From: Sphagnum compactum
Lineage: Eukaryota
Assembly (NCBI GenBank): GCA_965153455.1
Contig: OZ234493.1
Span: forward strand, 11,956,213-12,020,212
DNA: 64,000 nt
Direction of reading: 5' to 3'
Of the stretch, positions 39,401 to 52,534 are shown in pieces. The notes beneath the pieces are model-generated. The model was not told the origin of the DNA, ran no database searches, and saw only the letters and a program-made list of their open reading frames with translations. Position 1 is the first letter of the stretch. Each line of letters begins with the position of its first letter. Position numbers and translations under genes: made by a program.

Positions 39401-42400
39401 AACATTTTTTCTTGAAGTCAAAGAAAGAATTCCAGATAAGGCCTGAAGAACTGGGAAGGGGCAAAACACACCCAACAGGAGAGAACTCAAACAAAGAACA
39501 ATCAAACTAGCAGCATGAACAAAAGTGACCATCTCTAACTTGTTCAGTGACCATCTGTAAGCAATTTATCTATCGCAATGTACCCACTGACTTCATCAGC
39601 TCCCTACAGTGGGTATTGGCCAGTGCAACCACAAACCTGCATACTGAGTTTCTCTTGTATGCCTGGAAGTGACAGGAAGACTCAAGCATGATTACTGGCT
39701 AGCAACTAACACCATAGAAGGGGAAAACACATAGACAAGCAGAGGGAAAAAAAGAAAAAAGAGAACAGGAAAAAAGAAGAAAAAAACAAAGACTAACAGA
39801 AAATGGGGGAAATAGAAACAAGGACCAAGTGGACTTCAAAAAGATCCCCACTTGCAAGACTCTATACAGAATCATTAGGAAGACTCCAAACACTGAAATT
39901 CCAAAAAGAAATTTCTCTTTATGGAGCAACCCTCTAGTCCTCTTTAAGAGAATATTTAGAGGGTAGCGTTTTTCTTCACAAGGATGATTTAAGACTGACC
40001 ATTGGAGAAAAAAGAAAACTCTAGAACTACAAAGCCTCGATACAACAAAATGTAATTCTGCCATATCCTATAATGCCAAGAGAGAGATTGAAAAAAGAGG
40101 AGAGAATACAAAGTGACTCACAGGTGCAGAGCCGTCCATGCATGCACGCGCACGTGTGAATGGAAGGGAGCCAGCAACAAATGTGCTAGCCCTTTGAAAA
40201 GACTTGAGAGAAGCTCGTTCCTGAGATGGCCATTTGTTGAGTGCTGAGTCTGTAGTGGTCACCCACAACCACTCATCTCCCTGCAATGTCAACCGAAGTA
40301 CTGGTTGCTGCTCTGTACACAGCAACGTGCTCTCCCGTGTAGCCAAATCTGTCATGTACACCTACAAATAGCACCATTTGTTTTTTTGGCATTGAGAACA
40401 CGGAGGCCAGAAACCACTATATAGCTCATAGTGTTCAGCAGATTCAAAAGAAGGCAACTTTCAATGCAGAGAAAATGTCTTGAGACCATGGAAACTACCA
40501 GACACATGAGAATTGCAAATGTGGTTTTATGCATTGTCCCAGGAGTTCAGATTAAGTACATCGTCACACAGATAGTGAACAAATAATGAAGCCTCTCTCT
40601 TACCGAAAGATCTTTGCCTCCACTGTACACATGGCTAAATGAAGGGGTGCTAGCCAAAGTCCACACAGAATCTGTATGCACTGCATACGAATGCACACAA
40701 CGCTGCTGGCCCAAATCCCAAAGTCTGCAACATCTCCAAGATACAGCACACAAGTCAATGTACTCTAGACCAGAAATTTCTGGCACTTCGGGCACAGAAA
40801 CAGATTGCTCTTTTGATTGCCTATCCTTCTGTTTTGCTTTTTCCTTGTTGACTGAAATAAAGGACACTACTACTACTGTATGTTTGAAAAAAAGCTTGTA
40901 GACCTAGACTTTGTAGACCTAGACTCTTGCACTCACAGGGGAAGCACAATTCAGAACCCATGGAGACAGTCGAAAAAAAGATGCACACCGTATGATGGAG
41001 TCTGATGATCCTGACAAACACAACCTGCCTCCAACAAACACCACAATTCCCACTTATTGTGTCACTTCAAAGTCAAGGCCACATGAAATACATTAGACCC
41101 ACAAGCATGTTGGGTGTCACTTATGGCACCCATATGTTGGATAGAGTCACAGAAAGCCCTTTGGACAAAAGTCATCAACAGGAACTAACTGTCCAAAACT
41201 AATCTTCCAAAAAGGTAAAAACAAAACTGTACCTGCCAGTAGGGTCCAAAAGAAGGGCTCGCACGTTGTCTGTGTGTCCCTTCAACTTCATTTGCTTTGC
41301 TCCACTTCTTGGATCCCACACTCTCACAGCCTGTACAGTATCACAGAAAGTCAACACACATCCTGCATACTCCAAGGCAGAGAAGGAAGACAAAGGTATC
41401 ATCATCATCAAGCATTAAAACCCTCTGCAACAAACTTTGCAGTGGCAACCACTGATCACAAAGAAGATTAAAGAAAACACAGTCTTATTCTCCGTTTGAC
41501 AACTTACCTTTTCGGTGCCCCCTGAAACGAGTAAGGTGCCAGAATCATTCATGGCCAATGCATACACCGACTCTTTGTGTCCCTTGGCTGGAATGGGGGC
41601 ATAACTGTTTGCCAGCATGGCCCCAGAAGCATTGCCAGTGCTGTTTGCAGTGGATAACCTTTCAGCAGGTAATGCCAAACCTGATGGGAAGCCATCATAC
41701 CTGCCCTCACTACCAGCTTCACTTGAAGCCCTTGCAAGTGGCACCATTGCTGCCTCCAAATCCCATATGAACACCTCACAGCCCAGTCCACCAGATGCCA
41801 CAATGTTGCTCTGCAGCATATGAAAAACAACACAATGATCACACTAAGGATTCTATTTCTCGATCTAGCAGCTGCTTCAGTTATTTCCAAAACCAACAAG
41901 CGACGCCTGAAAAGTTCAAATACCTTTGCAATGCAAAACCTCATCATTCGACCACAAGAATGGGTTGAGAACAAAATAGAGAACATCTGGTCTTGTGTAA
42001 TCCACTACAGTCTCACATACTACAGTCCATAGTATTGTTCTCAGCTAGACATGGAGGTTAATGACAAGTTTCTCATCTTTGCGTTAAATAATCACAAGCC
42101 ATCAAGGCAACACATTGTTAGGACAAAACCTCTTCAAGATCTCAAATTTTCCACGGTCCAGTTTTGTTCAGAAACTATCAGCGTCTCATAGAACAAGATC
42201 TGTGAAAAATAGCAACATATAAATGCTAGGTCATACAGAACAGTGGCTCCAAGTGAATAAATAACTACACAGTTCAAACAAGGAAATACAACATCCTTAC
42301 CTGGTGTGCAGATGCAAGTGATGTGACATAATCAGAATGCTGCCGAAATGTTCGAGTGCACTCCCCATCATTGGCATATGCTCGCCATGTCTGCAAATCA

Positions 42401-43678
42401 AAACCTCAACCACACTGAAATGAGTGTGTACCACCCACCAACCCACCAAATAGCTCCTCCCCCCATGCTGCAACCATGTGCAGTTGAAAGGGAATACCAG
42501 CCAACAGAAAATGATAATAACAATACTATAAAAATTCACACTTTTGTGCATTGTCTACATGCCGATTTGGTTCAACGACCTTTCAATAACTCTCTGGAAC
42601 ACTTTACCCAAAGGACAAAAGGGCAGTAGAAATTCTGCAGGCAAGAGAATATACCTTGAGTGTAGTATCAGAGGAGCAAGACACCAAAGTATCATTACTC
42701 GTCACTATAACATCATTCACCTGCCAAAATGGTTCAACATGTACAGAGTTAGAATTGGATGCAAAGTGGGGAGAAAAAAACCAACCCCGTTCACACGTGA
42801 ACCATGCATGCATGACCCTCCGAACATAGAAAGTCAAATTGTCACTAGTCGCATAACCATAAAACTCCACTCTATTTTACATTGCCTTTTTCACATGCAA
42901 CATGAGCAGAGAGTCTGTGGGTAGGTCATCACTGTTTGTTATAACAATGATCCACATACGAAAGAACAACAACAACACTGCGGAGCATGTGCTCTATACC
43001 CAATCAACATGAGACTCAAATGTAACCCCACAAACAGCACCCTCATTGCCCAATTCCCATCTCTTCAAAGTCCCATCACGGCTGCCACTGAACAAATAGT
43101 GTCCGCCATCGCCACCACCTCCCGGAGCATCCACACCCGGTAGTATCAGACAATTAACCCCTGAGCAGTGCTGCATCAACCCAGGAAAAAAAAAAAAAAA
43201 AAAAACCCATCATTACCACCAATCTTCTTTCAGATTCCAAACACTCCCAACTGAAGAAGAAATTCATAATCCAGAAAAGCCAAACATCTCTGCCTCTAGA
43301 ATTCTGGGACCATTTGCACAGCAGTACTTACACTCCTGGCTCCCCTGGTCTGTCTTTCACTTCGTCTAAGAAACCCTAAAATGGGCTGCAACAGCACTTC
43401 AACACTAAAATCCTCAACCATGTAGGTCCTTGGCAGTGCGCTACTGCAAACCCTAAAACCTATTTCCTAAGCTTTTGCCAATGCTGTGAACTGGTTGCAA
43501 ATCCCGAGAGTACCCAATTGCTGTCTCATCACAAACTAGCAGCAGCAACTACTGCGAAGAAGATTTTTCTCACTAGAACCTTGGCATCATTGGAGTCCCG
43601 CAGCACGTATGTGAGTCTTCTCTCCTTCCGCGGGCGCGAGGCGTTCGCATTGTTTCCCGCGCTGCCCACCCGATGCAT
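36452..43678 (-). CDS. WDR48: WD repeat-containing protein 48 (UAF1 / LRS1-like deubiquitinase cofactor), ~18 exons
   Basis: Exons give MHRVGSAGNN..RPRKERRLTYVL|HCSGVNCL..LFSGSRDGTLKRW..FESHVDW|VND.., KGHKESVYALAMN, KLKGHTDNVRALL, VPAWFTMDTRLG, KLSAPRILRMHK|VVNYV and MSLATVRAYIWKKPEDL, with TAA at 36454-36452. Confidence 0.96.
39520..39653. repeat. Dispersed intronic element, internally deleted copy C (WDR48 intron)
   Basis: TACCCACTGACTTCATCAGCTCCCTACAGTGGGTA (a perfect 9-bp stem) and the terminal CTGAGTTTCT match copies A and D. Confidence 0.8.
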
Positions 43679-43824
43679 ACCTACTCTGGAAACACACCAC
43701 CCTCCCCCCCCCCCCGCCTTACCCTTTCTCCTAACTCATAGCACAAACAAAAAAGATTAAAAAACCCTCTCTCACCTTCTCTCCTTCTTCCCCACCCCCC
43801 CCCCTTTGATGGGTCTTCCCGTCT

Positions 43825-43855
<31 letters not shown>

Positions 43856-44732
43856 TTCCTGATTTCTATTCTTCTCAAATCTCTAAACTCCTCTTCTTCC
43901 CGTTCTTCTCTCTTGCAGTTCTAACTTCCTTCTCCTCCTCTTCCTCTTTTTCTTTTTACTTTCGCTTTCCCACTTCCCCACTTCCCCACTTCTTCTCCCA
44001 AATGGTTCTCACCAAACAAACCTGGAAAGCACACACAGATCAGGCCAATTTCAAGCACCCCCGGAAAAACCCACAACACATAATCGAATCCTGCAACAAC
44101 AAAATTGAGTTAACTGCTGATTGATGCAACCCAACACGATTTCCGACAGCTGCTGCAACGAAAGCTCGCAAAGACACGCGCGCTGCGGGAAAGTGGAGAC
44201 CCACACGCGCGCGGACCGAGAGAAGGGAGGGACATAGAGCGATCGAGGGTTTTGCACACTAGGTAGGTAGGTACGTAGACCTAGCCTACTAAAGGAATAT
44301 ACCTACTACCTACGACCTAACAAGCCTACCTGTGAATTACACTGCCTATAAACCTACCTGTCACCATGGTCCTTTTTTTACACCTGAGGTGAGCAGGCTA
44401 ACTTCGTCATTGGTTAAAGTTGTAACTTTGGGTTAAAATATGAAAGTAGGCAGGTTTAGAATGAAGAGAAGAGAGGAGAAATTTAGGGTTTTGCACACTA
44501 TGTTGATCTAGCCTACTACTCTAGGGACTTACTTATGACCTTATGACTTTTGGATAGGGGAATTTTTTTTACATATAAATACATATTGGAAAAACACCCG
44601 GGCAAAGGAACAAGAGAAGGAAATAAAATAAAATTTGAAGTCCAAACAAAAGACCACACCTAAAAACGCAAAACACACAATGGGGAGCTTTAAGAGGAGA
44701 AATAAAAAAACCTAGGACCTAAACCCCATCAC

Positions 44733-44990
44733 AAGAGTCAAGGTCAGACATTCAACAACCTTAGGGTATATTTGCCGTCTCCGGTCTATTCCCATGGTCA
44801 GTTGTATGTTGTTATTTCACGGGTCACAAGTAATGCAAACATCAAGATTTTCAACGGCCAGGGTCCCGATAGATACATGCGAAATGTCGTATATAAAGAG
44901 GTTTTGGAACTGTACTTTGTAGTTGTAATTTTGTAATATGTATCGTCAAATGCACACAAACCTGTGCATTAGGCACGGAGTTCAGACTAG
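44733..44990 (+). mobile_element. Helitron 3' end: C-terminus of the Pif1-like helicase plus terminal hairpin and CTAG
   Basis: Translates from 44733 as KSQGQTFNNLRVYLPSPVYSHGQLYVVISRVTSNANIKI..RNVVYKEVL (RepHel helicase motifs). An imperfect hairpin CCTGTGCATTAGGCACGG (44961-44978) is followed by CTAG|T at 44987-44991. Confidence 0.9.
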
Positions 44991-44992
44991 TG

Positions 44993-45880
44993 AATACATA
45001 AAGGGAAAACACTCGGGCAAGGGAACAAGAGAAGGAAATAAAATAAAATTTGAAGTCCAAACAAAAGACCACACCCAAAAACGCAAAACACACAATGGGG
45101 AGCTTTAAGAGGAGAAATGAAAAAACCTAGGACCTAAACCCCATCACTAGTTGTAGGAAGCAAATTGTGCAAGGAAATGGGCGAAAAACCTAGAAGGACA
45201 CCAAGCCTAAAAGACGCCTCTCTTACTACTAGGATTACCCATCGCAAGATAATGGCAACCTAAACTTTTTAAAGAGCCATCGACACCCTTTGCTTATAAA
45301 ATGAACATAAAATCAAAAGAGTAGGATCGCCAGAACCCTTTGTTGACCATGCCATGTTGACACATCGATGAAAAAAATCGTGAACTTATTGGTCGAAACA
45401 TCTAAATATTTTTACTATTAGAGGGATGAAATCATTTTCATGGTGTTGGTTGTGATATGACATAACCCTTGCCTAAAGTACAATCATCGTGGTCACTCCC
45501 CACAAAAAAGTGACTCACGAAACAAGATTTGCACAAATTGGGTTAGCAATGATTATGTTTACCAAAGTGCAAATATCATCTGTTATAAACACAATATCCA
45601 TTCATCGTTGCGATGATTAGAGAGATAATGTCAAAAGAACATGAGTTTGCTCACACAAAATATAAAACTCGACATCCTTAGTAATGGAGGTGAAGGAATT
45701 TCGAATTGCATCATGTGTGCCAATGTGTTCTCCCCCATGAGCACAATCAAGTAGGTGTATCCTTGTCAAATGTATGGGTTGGCCCCATATGCATTGAAAA
45801 AAAAACATGAGCTATAAGATGGGGAAGACCCAATCTAATGCATAGTGTTGAGGAGAAAATGTTATAGGCCATCCTAAAAT
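44993..45880 (-). mobile_element. 5'-truncated, decayed non-LTR retrotransposon with a zinc knuckle and restriction-like endonuclease (CRE/RLE type)
   Basis: Minus-strand fragments read FSSTLCIRLGLPH, CIWGQ..IHLLDCAHGGEHIGTHDAIR, R*MDIVF..TLVNIIIANP and DFIPLIVKIF, with stops and frameshifts. About 155 bp of the 3' tail is duplicated at 44578-44732. Confidence 0.7.
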
Positions 45881-48800
45881 CTTCAAATTAAGATATTTTA
45901 TTATTTTCAAAATCTTCAAACCTTAAATTAAATACAAAAGAATGAAAGTTTCTAAAACTAATCTACGAATAACTTTTGCAATCTGCAATCAATACTTATA
46001 AATAAATTCAAGAAAACTTTTACAACTTTACAAAACACAAATGTGTGAACAAGAATTCAAATTTGAAATGAACCTAAATTTTGCAAAACTAAATTAATCT
46101 TGAAACTTAAAACATATGAATGTATTAATTTTCTTATGTCCAAAACTCTATAAATGTTATTTAGATTTTTTGTTGAAAAATAATATTTGATAAATCCAAC
46201 TAGTAAATTGGCTAATAATCAACATGATTGGTGAGTAAACTAAATGATTATATAATAATCTATATTACAATTTCAAATTTATAGTTATTCAAACTATAAA
46301 TACTAGTGATCTTAGTTTAATAAATTCTAACCCTTAACAACCTTACAAACCTACTTATGACCTACACTACTTACAATCCTATTCATGTCATCATGTCCTT
46401 TTTCACACTTGAGGTGAATGGGCTAAATTCATCATTTGTTAAATTAATAATTTTGGGCTAAAATATGAAAATGGGTAGGTTTTAAGGAAAGGAGAAACTT
46501 TTGCACATTATGTTGACTTAGCCTACTATAATAACCTACCTACCTACTACTTTTGACTTTATAAACATACCTATGACTTGCATTGCAAACCTATTTGTCA
46601 CTAGGTCATTTCACACTTGAGGTGAGCTAAAATCATCGTTATGTGTAATCATCGATTATGTGTCCATAAATCATTTAAAACCTTATTCACACAAATGAAA
46701 AAAATGAAGGACAGGTGACGCAACTTGCAAAACCAAAATTTTGTTAAATTTGTTAATTATGGGCTAAAATATGAAAGTGGGAACAATATAAAGTTTAGGG
46801 GAAAGAGAGATATTGAGGGTTTTGCACATTGCGCAAACCTAGCCTATTTTAAGAACTTAACTACTTATGATTACATTACAAACCTACTTGTCACTAGGTC
46901 CTAAAATCACCCTTGAGGTAAGTTAAATTCATTGTCATATTCAGTCATCTATGTGTCCATAATCCATTTTTATTCTTGTTCGCATGGACAAAAACATGCA
47001 ATGACAAATGATGCAATTTGTAATCTATGTCAAAATTTGTTAAAATTGTAATTATGTATTAAAATCTTAAAGTGGAATGAGTTTGAGTTATAGGGAACAA
47101 AAAGAAGAGATCAAAGGTTTTGTACACTACTTAAACTTAGCTTATTCTATGAACCTACTTCTAACTTAGAGTTGTAAAACCTTTTTGTCACCATGCCATT
47201 TTCAAAGTTGAATGAAATTCATCATGTGTCCAATCACCCACATGTCCATTAAGCATACTCTTGTTCACATGGACAAGAAAAATGAAAGTACAAGTGATGT
47301 ACATTTTAATTATATGGGTCAAAATTTGTTAAATTAAATTGTGGGCTAAAGTATGAAGTCAAGAAAGTTTGGGTTTTAGGAAGATGAAAAAAGTCAAGGG
47401 TTTTACACATCATGTAGACCTAGCTCCTATTCTAAAAACCTACTTATTACATACACTACAAATCCACCCTATCACTATATCACTTGAGGTGGGGGGGGTG
47501 TAAGCATAATAAAGTAAACACATATTTTACCTTATCAAGGTTAGTTGTAAATACATTGAAAACTTAACAACAAAACCATGGGTAAAGTTATTGTACATTG
47601 AATGTTTTTACATCAATGATTAAAAACAAAATAATTTTTCATTATTGTGGATTCGTTTTCAAATTTTAATGCTTAAGTAATTAGAAATATGTTTTTCAAA
47701 ATACAAATAACTTTTGCAATTTATTTTTTGTAATGTGAGTTTTCGTAAAATATGTGTCAAATAGGTTCTAACAAATTAAAAATAAATAAATAATTTGATC
47801 ATCCTATGAATAATACAATGATTTCTTAATTTTAACCTTGTATAAATATATATTAATTAAATATTGTGTCAAAGGCTCCACAAATTTACCATCCAATAGA
47901 TGAGGATTTTTTTGTTTACTTTCAAAACTTATTTGTTCTTAATGTTTTGGAAATCAATTTTTTAAAAGGTAACAAAGGGGACATAGGGTTTTCTATCATT
48001 CTTACACCCATTTTTAAGTTATTTATTATTATCATATGCAAAATATAGGATAAAAGTGAGAAGGCATGAAGTGGAATAATTTATTTATTTTTCTTTTACC
48101 ATGCCACCCTAAACTAAATTCATTGTTATGTCCAATCATCTGTGTGTCCATAAACCATTTTGTTCATGTGAATGAAAAAAATGAAATAACATTTTATGCA
48201 ACTTGTTAAATTTTTTATTATGAACCTAAATATCAAATGGGGAGCGTTTAAAATTTAGGGAGGAAAAAAAAGATTAAAGGTTTTGAACACCACATGTAGA
48301 CTTAAACTATACTAGTACAAAAGTTGGGTGAAAATCACAAATCACTAACCTAAATCATTATGCAAATTTTAAAATGAAATAAGTTCACTCACCTTAGTCA
48401 TTTCACTTTATTTAAAATTATGTCATTACAACATCATTATGTAATCATCATGTTTCACTACAAATTAACATAATACACTATTAATTCAAGTAATTAATTA
48501 CAATAGATAGATTTTTTCATGTTGTTTTAAATACCCTAGATTGTTTTACCACACACCATCATAAGTTATTTCAAGTTATTTTACCTTACATTATTTTTGA
48601 CTATTTTAAGTTATTTTACCTTACATTACCTTGGTTTATTATTGATTATTATTTTTGTTTATACGCTTTGGGCCACCATTCCTGGTAGGTCGCCTTATTT
48701 TTTATTCAAATTTTTGCTTAAATGTTTCAAATAGTCCTTACCTGATGCATCTCCACATTCTTATCATTATAAATGACACCTGTTGGCTTAACCCAGACTT

Positions 48801-48956
48801 AGAATTTTTTTCAGCTCAATAAAGTTGGATAACCAAATACGGAATGGCTTTTGAACTCATAACCATGCAATCATATAGAACTTCATAATTATTCATAATG
48901 GTTAGATTGCTAAATTTTAAGTTATTTTGACCGATGTTATTTTTTATTATCATATG

Positions 48957-49380
48957 CACTACTAAAAAACATGGTCGAACACCACTACGCACTTCCACTC
49001 AAATCCAATTTGAGTGAAATGGGACTACCCCATTCCACTGTTCATGGATTATAGTGAAAGTGACATTACAATGTCACCTTCTTGACTATCTAAATGGGTG
49101 GGGCTTGTGCTATTCCACCATACATAGATTGTAGTGGAAGGCAAATGTGACAATGTTACCTTTTTTACTATTTAAGTAGAATGGGGCTTGAGTTAGTATA
49201 CAATATATCAACTATAGTGAAAGGCACCATGATTATGTCATCTTTTAGATTACATAATTAAATGGAATGTGACTCGATGTCATTCCACCATATAGACTTA
49301 TAATAGAAAGCAATTGTGATACCACCCATTTCTTGGTGCTTGAGTGGAGGGTGAGTGGGCATGTTCACCATTGATTATGT
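48957..49380. repeat. ~4 degenerate ~80-bp tandem units following a CACTAC motif (possible CACTA subterminal region)
   Basis: GGG(G)CT..ATTCCAC..TAGTG(A/G)AAG..AATGT units recur, and CACTACTAAAAAA lies at 48957. Confidence 0.45.
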
Positions 49381-50854
49381 ACAAAAATAATATTTAAATA
49401 TTTAATTTTCATATATGTATGTCACATGCAACTATAATTACATGTTAGATTCTAATGGAACAAAATTGAAACCCAAGAAATCTCAAGTGCATGGGATGGA
49501 CATATGGGCAAGGTGTCATACATAATGTGCATTATGTGAAATTTACCATAGTGCCCTGAGACCATGTGTAATTTACTTGTGAATGTATTTGTACCATGGA
49601 GACTCAAATGATGGATTTGAAGACATTGATCTAATCATGATAAATCTAGCATGTATATATGGATTGAAGTAGCATAAAATGATTGAAATCACCGTAAACA
49701 CAATTATATTGGTGAAAATGTTTATGTATATTATTTTTAAATGGGATGGCCATATAACATCAATGTTACCCCATCATTGAAGTGGACATTAAATTCACCA
49801 TTACATTACTATTGGAAGAAATGGCAATGTGTTCCGAACTACTATCATAAAATTATGCCCTGAGAATGGACTATTGTACTATGTGAATAAAATTCCAACA
49901 AGTTGACTAACATGAAGTGAAGGATCCCTTTGCATCAGTAACAATTGAATCATTTTGAAAAAACTTGCATTTTATTCTTCTTTGCACCACTTACCATTGA
50001 CCTAATTGGAGGATATGATGAATACATCTGGTATTTCCCAAAAAAAATAAATTATCACATGATCTTACCATGTTTAATTTGAATAAATGTTTTCTGAAAT
50101 TTGTTAAATTGATTACATTTTGATGATGATTTGCTAGAATTTTTTTCAAGCACATGATTTATAAATGAAAAATATTTTACGATCAATATTTAATAGTATA
50201 TAAATAATTAATTAATCTCCCACATATTAATCCTTCATTTCATATTAAAAAATATACAATGTGCTTATAATATATTATAATATTATTAATTCACATATAA
50301 TTTTTATAAATGGATAATATATCTATCACATTTTTTATAAAAAAATATCAGTTATGATATTTATGATGTATAATATTCTTTATTTTAGATGTTAATCTAA
50401 ATCACATTTAGTAATGGTAGATAATTAATGAATTTGATGGAATTTTAAGTTTTATACTTGTACAAATATAATATATAAATTTATTTCTTAGACATCTTAA
50501 ACCTCTATTTGATTAAAATATATATCATACTTGATTATGATTATAATATGTTGTAATTTACTCAAATATATATAATAAAAATATAATAATTTGTATTGTA
50601 AATGTCAATAAACAATACAAAATACCAATAAATAGTTAGACACGAGTTGATCATCAAACAAATATTGTAATTCCAAAGATTGCACATATGTTTTAATCAT
50701 CAAAATATTGTAAATGGAAAAATTATTGGCCCTAGTTGCCAAAACAACTATGATTATTTACAAAAATAACTTGGTTTTCATCCATCCAAGGATCCATTCA
50801 CAACATTGGATGAAAAATGTGCAGTTTCATTTTATTTTTCCATCCAAACATGTA

Positions 50855-51094
50855 ATAGTCACAAATTATAGTCACATTTGCGACTTCATTCGATTATGTC
50901 AACACTATAGTTGCATATGTGACCACAATAGTTACATATGTGACCACAATAGTTACATATATGACTACACACATTTATGACTAAAATGACACTTAAGATT
51001 AACCCAACTGTAGTTGTAAAAGTAGTTGATTTGGAGACTAGTCACATCTATAGTCATAACCATATGGTTGGAATGGATAAGATTTCTTCTAGTG
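50855..51094. mobile_element. Possible CACTA-type right end with TAGTCAC/GTGACTA-like subterminal repeats
   Basis: About three 21-bp units CACAATAGTTACATATGTGAC are present, and the stretch ends in TTTCTTCTAGTG. No clear partner TIR was found. Confidence 0.4.
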
Positions 51095-52469
51095 TATTTT
51101 TTTTTTGGCAAGGTCGTTCCATCAATTTTTAGTAATAGATTGATTTTAGTTTCTAGTTTTGTTGTTTTAGTAATATCTTATAGCTTCTCTTGTTCACCAT
51201 TGTAAAAAATAACCATGTTGTCCCCATCCATGGGTTATAAGGTTATTGAGCACACAACTATGATAAACAAATGAACCTCCAAACTTTCAAGTTGCAAAAC
51301 AAATACAATTTTGAAAGAAAACAAGTCAAAATTTTTGTAGTGGAAAGAAAAGTTTTAAAAAACAATGAAATAACTTATAGTGCTTCAACATAAAATACAC
51401 CATAAACCACAAGTTTTGTTGAACATACCCAAGCCCAACTCAAGTACATCCAAATAACTATGAAATTCCAAGTTTAAAACAATGATTGCATTGGAAATAA
51501 CAAAAAAATTATAATCTTTTAAACATTAGCAAAAAATATTATCTACAATTTAGAAATTTTAACTAGTGGTTTTCATTTCATCATTAAATTTGGTAGTAAA
51601 AATAAGTAAAATATTTCTAGTAGTCATTTTCAATAGTTTTTTTTTATAGTCATTTAATTTAATAGTTGGTTTTTGGTACTAAATTTTGGTAATCAAAAAT
51701 TGATAATCAAATTCATGTACAAAAAATATTAACAATTTTTTGCAACCTTTAACATCAAGCTTTACAACCCTAATCAAGGTTTCCTTTCCCCCGGTAGCTT
51801 CTTTTGACCAAGAAAAACCTCAAAAGACAAGAATGTTTAGTCCTTCTAAGAATGTCCAAACCCACGAAAAATATTCACAACTCAAAAAACATGTTTTCTA
51901 CACATTCATTTCCCTTTTCCTCTTCAAAACCACACAAATCAAACTTTAAAATAATGGGAAAACTATTTACAAATGCATGTTCTTCTCTCCTATTTTCCTT
52001 CTTATTCAAAAAATAACACACACACGCACACACACACAAACAAAACTCTTAAGTTCCTACTCTTTCCTCTCTTCCTTCTTTTTGTTTTTTTCAACTTTAA
52101 TATATCCTTAGTTGCCATGAAGAAGCCCCATGCTTTCCCTCATGCCTCCAAACCTCCTTTACTTGTCTCCAAAAATGTTCCATGAACATTTCCATTGCCT
52201 TTTTTTGTTTCAAATCACTTTCACAAAAATATTATGAACAAAGGAATTCAATGCAAATAATATATATGGTCACATTGATAGCCATTAATGCCAATCACAT
52301 AACTATTACTTGATAAATATAGGTAGGCATTCAATGCATGAATTTGTGGATTTGGTGAATAGACTACCATAGAACCTAGGGAGCTTTGACCAAAATTTTG
52401 AAAAACAAATCAATTTTTGCCAAATTTTTCAAAGATCTAATTAAAGTTTTATAGTATCATTTAAAGGCA

Positions 52470-52534
52470 ACTAGATTCAAACATTGAGCATTTCTTGCTA
52501 AATAATAATAAATGTGAACCATTTAGCCACAAGG
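52470..52534 (-). mobile_element. Degenerate tRNA-derived SINE-like head
   Basis: A-box TGGCTAAATGG (52529-52519) and B-box-like TGTTTGAATCT (52483-52473). Confidence 0.4.

Larger units (their letters stand above)
44245..48310. repeat. Degenerate ~240-320-bp unit tandem array upstream of WDR48, interrupted by nested insertions
   Basis: The anchor GGGTTTTGCACAC..CCTAGCCTA occurs at about 44248, 44486, 46497, 46817, 47116, 47398 and 48278. GTCAC..TGAGGTGA and GGGCTAAAATATGAAAGT are shared between units. Confidence 0.85.
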
